Shown here: positions 36,246 to 37,332 of the stretch, piece by piece
Layout: the number at the start of each line of letters is the position of its first letter
Numbering within the stretch: the stretch's first letter is position 1
NCBI RefSeq assembly: GCF_001194135.2
Contig: NC_068984.1
Span: 77,843,770 to 77,881,101, forward strand
Source of the DNA: Octopus bimaculoides
Taxonomy: Eukaryota
Direction: 5' to 3'
DNA: 37,332 bases
Made by a program: the position numbers and the translations under genes
The notes under the pieces: model-generated
Told to the model about the DNA's origin: nothing
Database searches by the model: none
What the model saw: the letters and a program-made list of their open reading frames with translations, nothing else

Positions 36246-36332
36246 TAATAGTAGTAGTAGACGCTGATGTTGACCAACCTGAAACCATTAGTGGGCAAAA
36301 CCGAATAATTACTACTAAACAGCGATACTAAG

Positions 36333-36670
36333 TGAAGACGCGTGGCTCACTAGTTACAGCGTCTGGCTCACAATCATGAGACAGTGAGTTCGATTCCCGG
36401 ATCGGGCTGTGTTGTGTTCTTCAGCAAAACACTTTATTTCACGTTGCTCCAGTTCACTCAGCTGTAGAAATGAGTTGCGACGTCACTGATGCCAAGCTGT
36501 ATCGGCCTTTGCCTTTCCCTTGGATAACATCGGTGGCGTGGAGAGGAGAAACTGGTATGCATGGGCGAGTGCTGGTCTTCCATAAACAACCTTGCCCAGA
36601 CCTATGCCTGGGAGGGTAGCTTTCTAGACGCAATTCCATGGTCATTCATGACCGAAAGGAGTCTTTACTT
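36333..36670 (+). mobile_element. tRNA-derived SINE, family D
   Basis: Head gaagacgcgtggctcactagttacagcgtctggctc with B-box gagttcgattccc, CORE-like gtgttcttcagcaaaacactt, tail catgaccgaaaggagtcttt. Confidence 0.7.
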
Positions 36671-36913
36671 TTTCTTTAAGTAATACTAAATTACTAATAA
36701 AATCGAATGATTACTTCTTTCATATATCATTTTTATACCTTACTATTTAAATCTGTTTATATATACTGAGTCTGACACTGATTCTATATCTTGTTATAGT
36801 AACATTATGCTATGAAATGACTGCCTTACATGATAACACCTGCCCTAGGTATCTGGTTGACACTCGACAAGGTTTGTTAAATGAAGCGATATCAACGAAA
36901 GACAATTCTTTAT

Positions 36914-37118
36914 AAGTGTGGCACAAAGCCAGCAATTTTGAAAAGAGGAGATAGTCGATTATATCGACTCCATTTCAAATCTAGTACTGATTTTATCGAC
37001 CACCGAAGGGTGAAAGGTAAAGTCGACCTCAGCGGGATTTGAAATCATGGTACAAATAACCGAAACAAATAATGCAAACCATTTTTGTGCATCTGACGAT
37101 TTAACGATTCAGCCAGTA
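36914..37118 (-). mobile_element. SINE family A, degenerate
   Basis: ggcacaaagccagcaattttg...gtcgattatatcgac...gaaaggtaaagtcgacctcagcgggatttgaa...ttaacgattcagccag. Confidence 0.8.
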
Positions 37119-37332
37119 GGAAATAGCAACAATAAAAGTAAGCCGTAAAAGTATGTTTCTCAGACCCAAAAAGTTATGCTAAATCCCCGGCTTTAAGCAA
37201 ACTGTCAACTTATTTTCGCCAATAGACTTTCATCTATTATGTTGTGGTTGCTAATATTCCAAAAATTCGAAAGAAAAGGAAGACATTAACAACACACACA
37301 CACGTATGCATATATATATATATATATATATA

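Overview
Eukaryotic, AT-rich, microsatellite-dense non-genic (intronic or intergenic) DNA from a draft assembly with 11 N-gaps. The SINE families and repeat landscape strongly resemble an Octopus genome (inference from recalled repeat consensus sequences, not a database search). No intact host gene can be supported. Most ORFs in the track are microsatellite or N-gap read-throughs. Recognisable content is decayed mobile DNA: four tRNA-derived SINE families, R4/Dong-type, Tx1-type and CR1-type LINE fragments, a Penelope-like element (RT + GIY-YIG), three Tc1/mariner derivatives, a hAT MITE, and a pogo-like deletion derivative with a C-terminal PHD finger that splits a Dong LINE. The standout signal is a spacerless 262-bp palindrome (28766-29027). 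Each arm carries a complete type I minimal hammerhead ribozyme consensus with an unusually long helix II, arranged head-to-head. An older, diverged palindrome of the same design lies at 22426-22873, suggesting a family of palindromic double-hammerhead elements, probably related to Penelope-like pseudo-LTRs or retrozymes.
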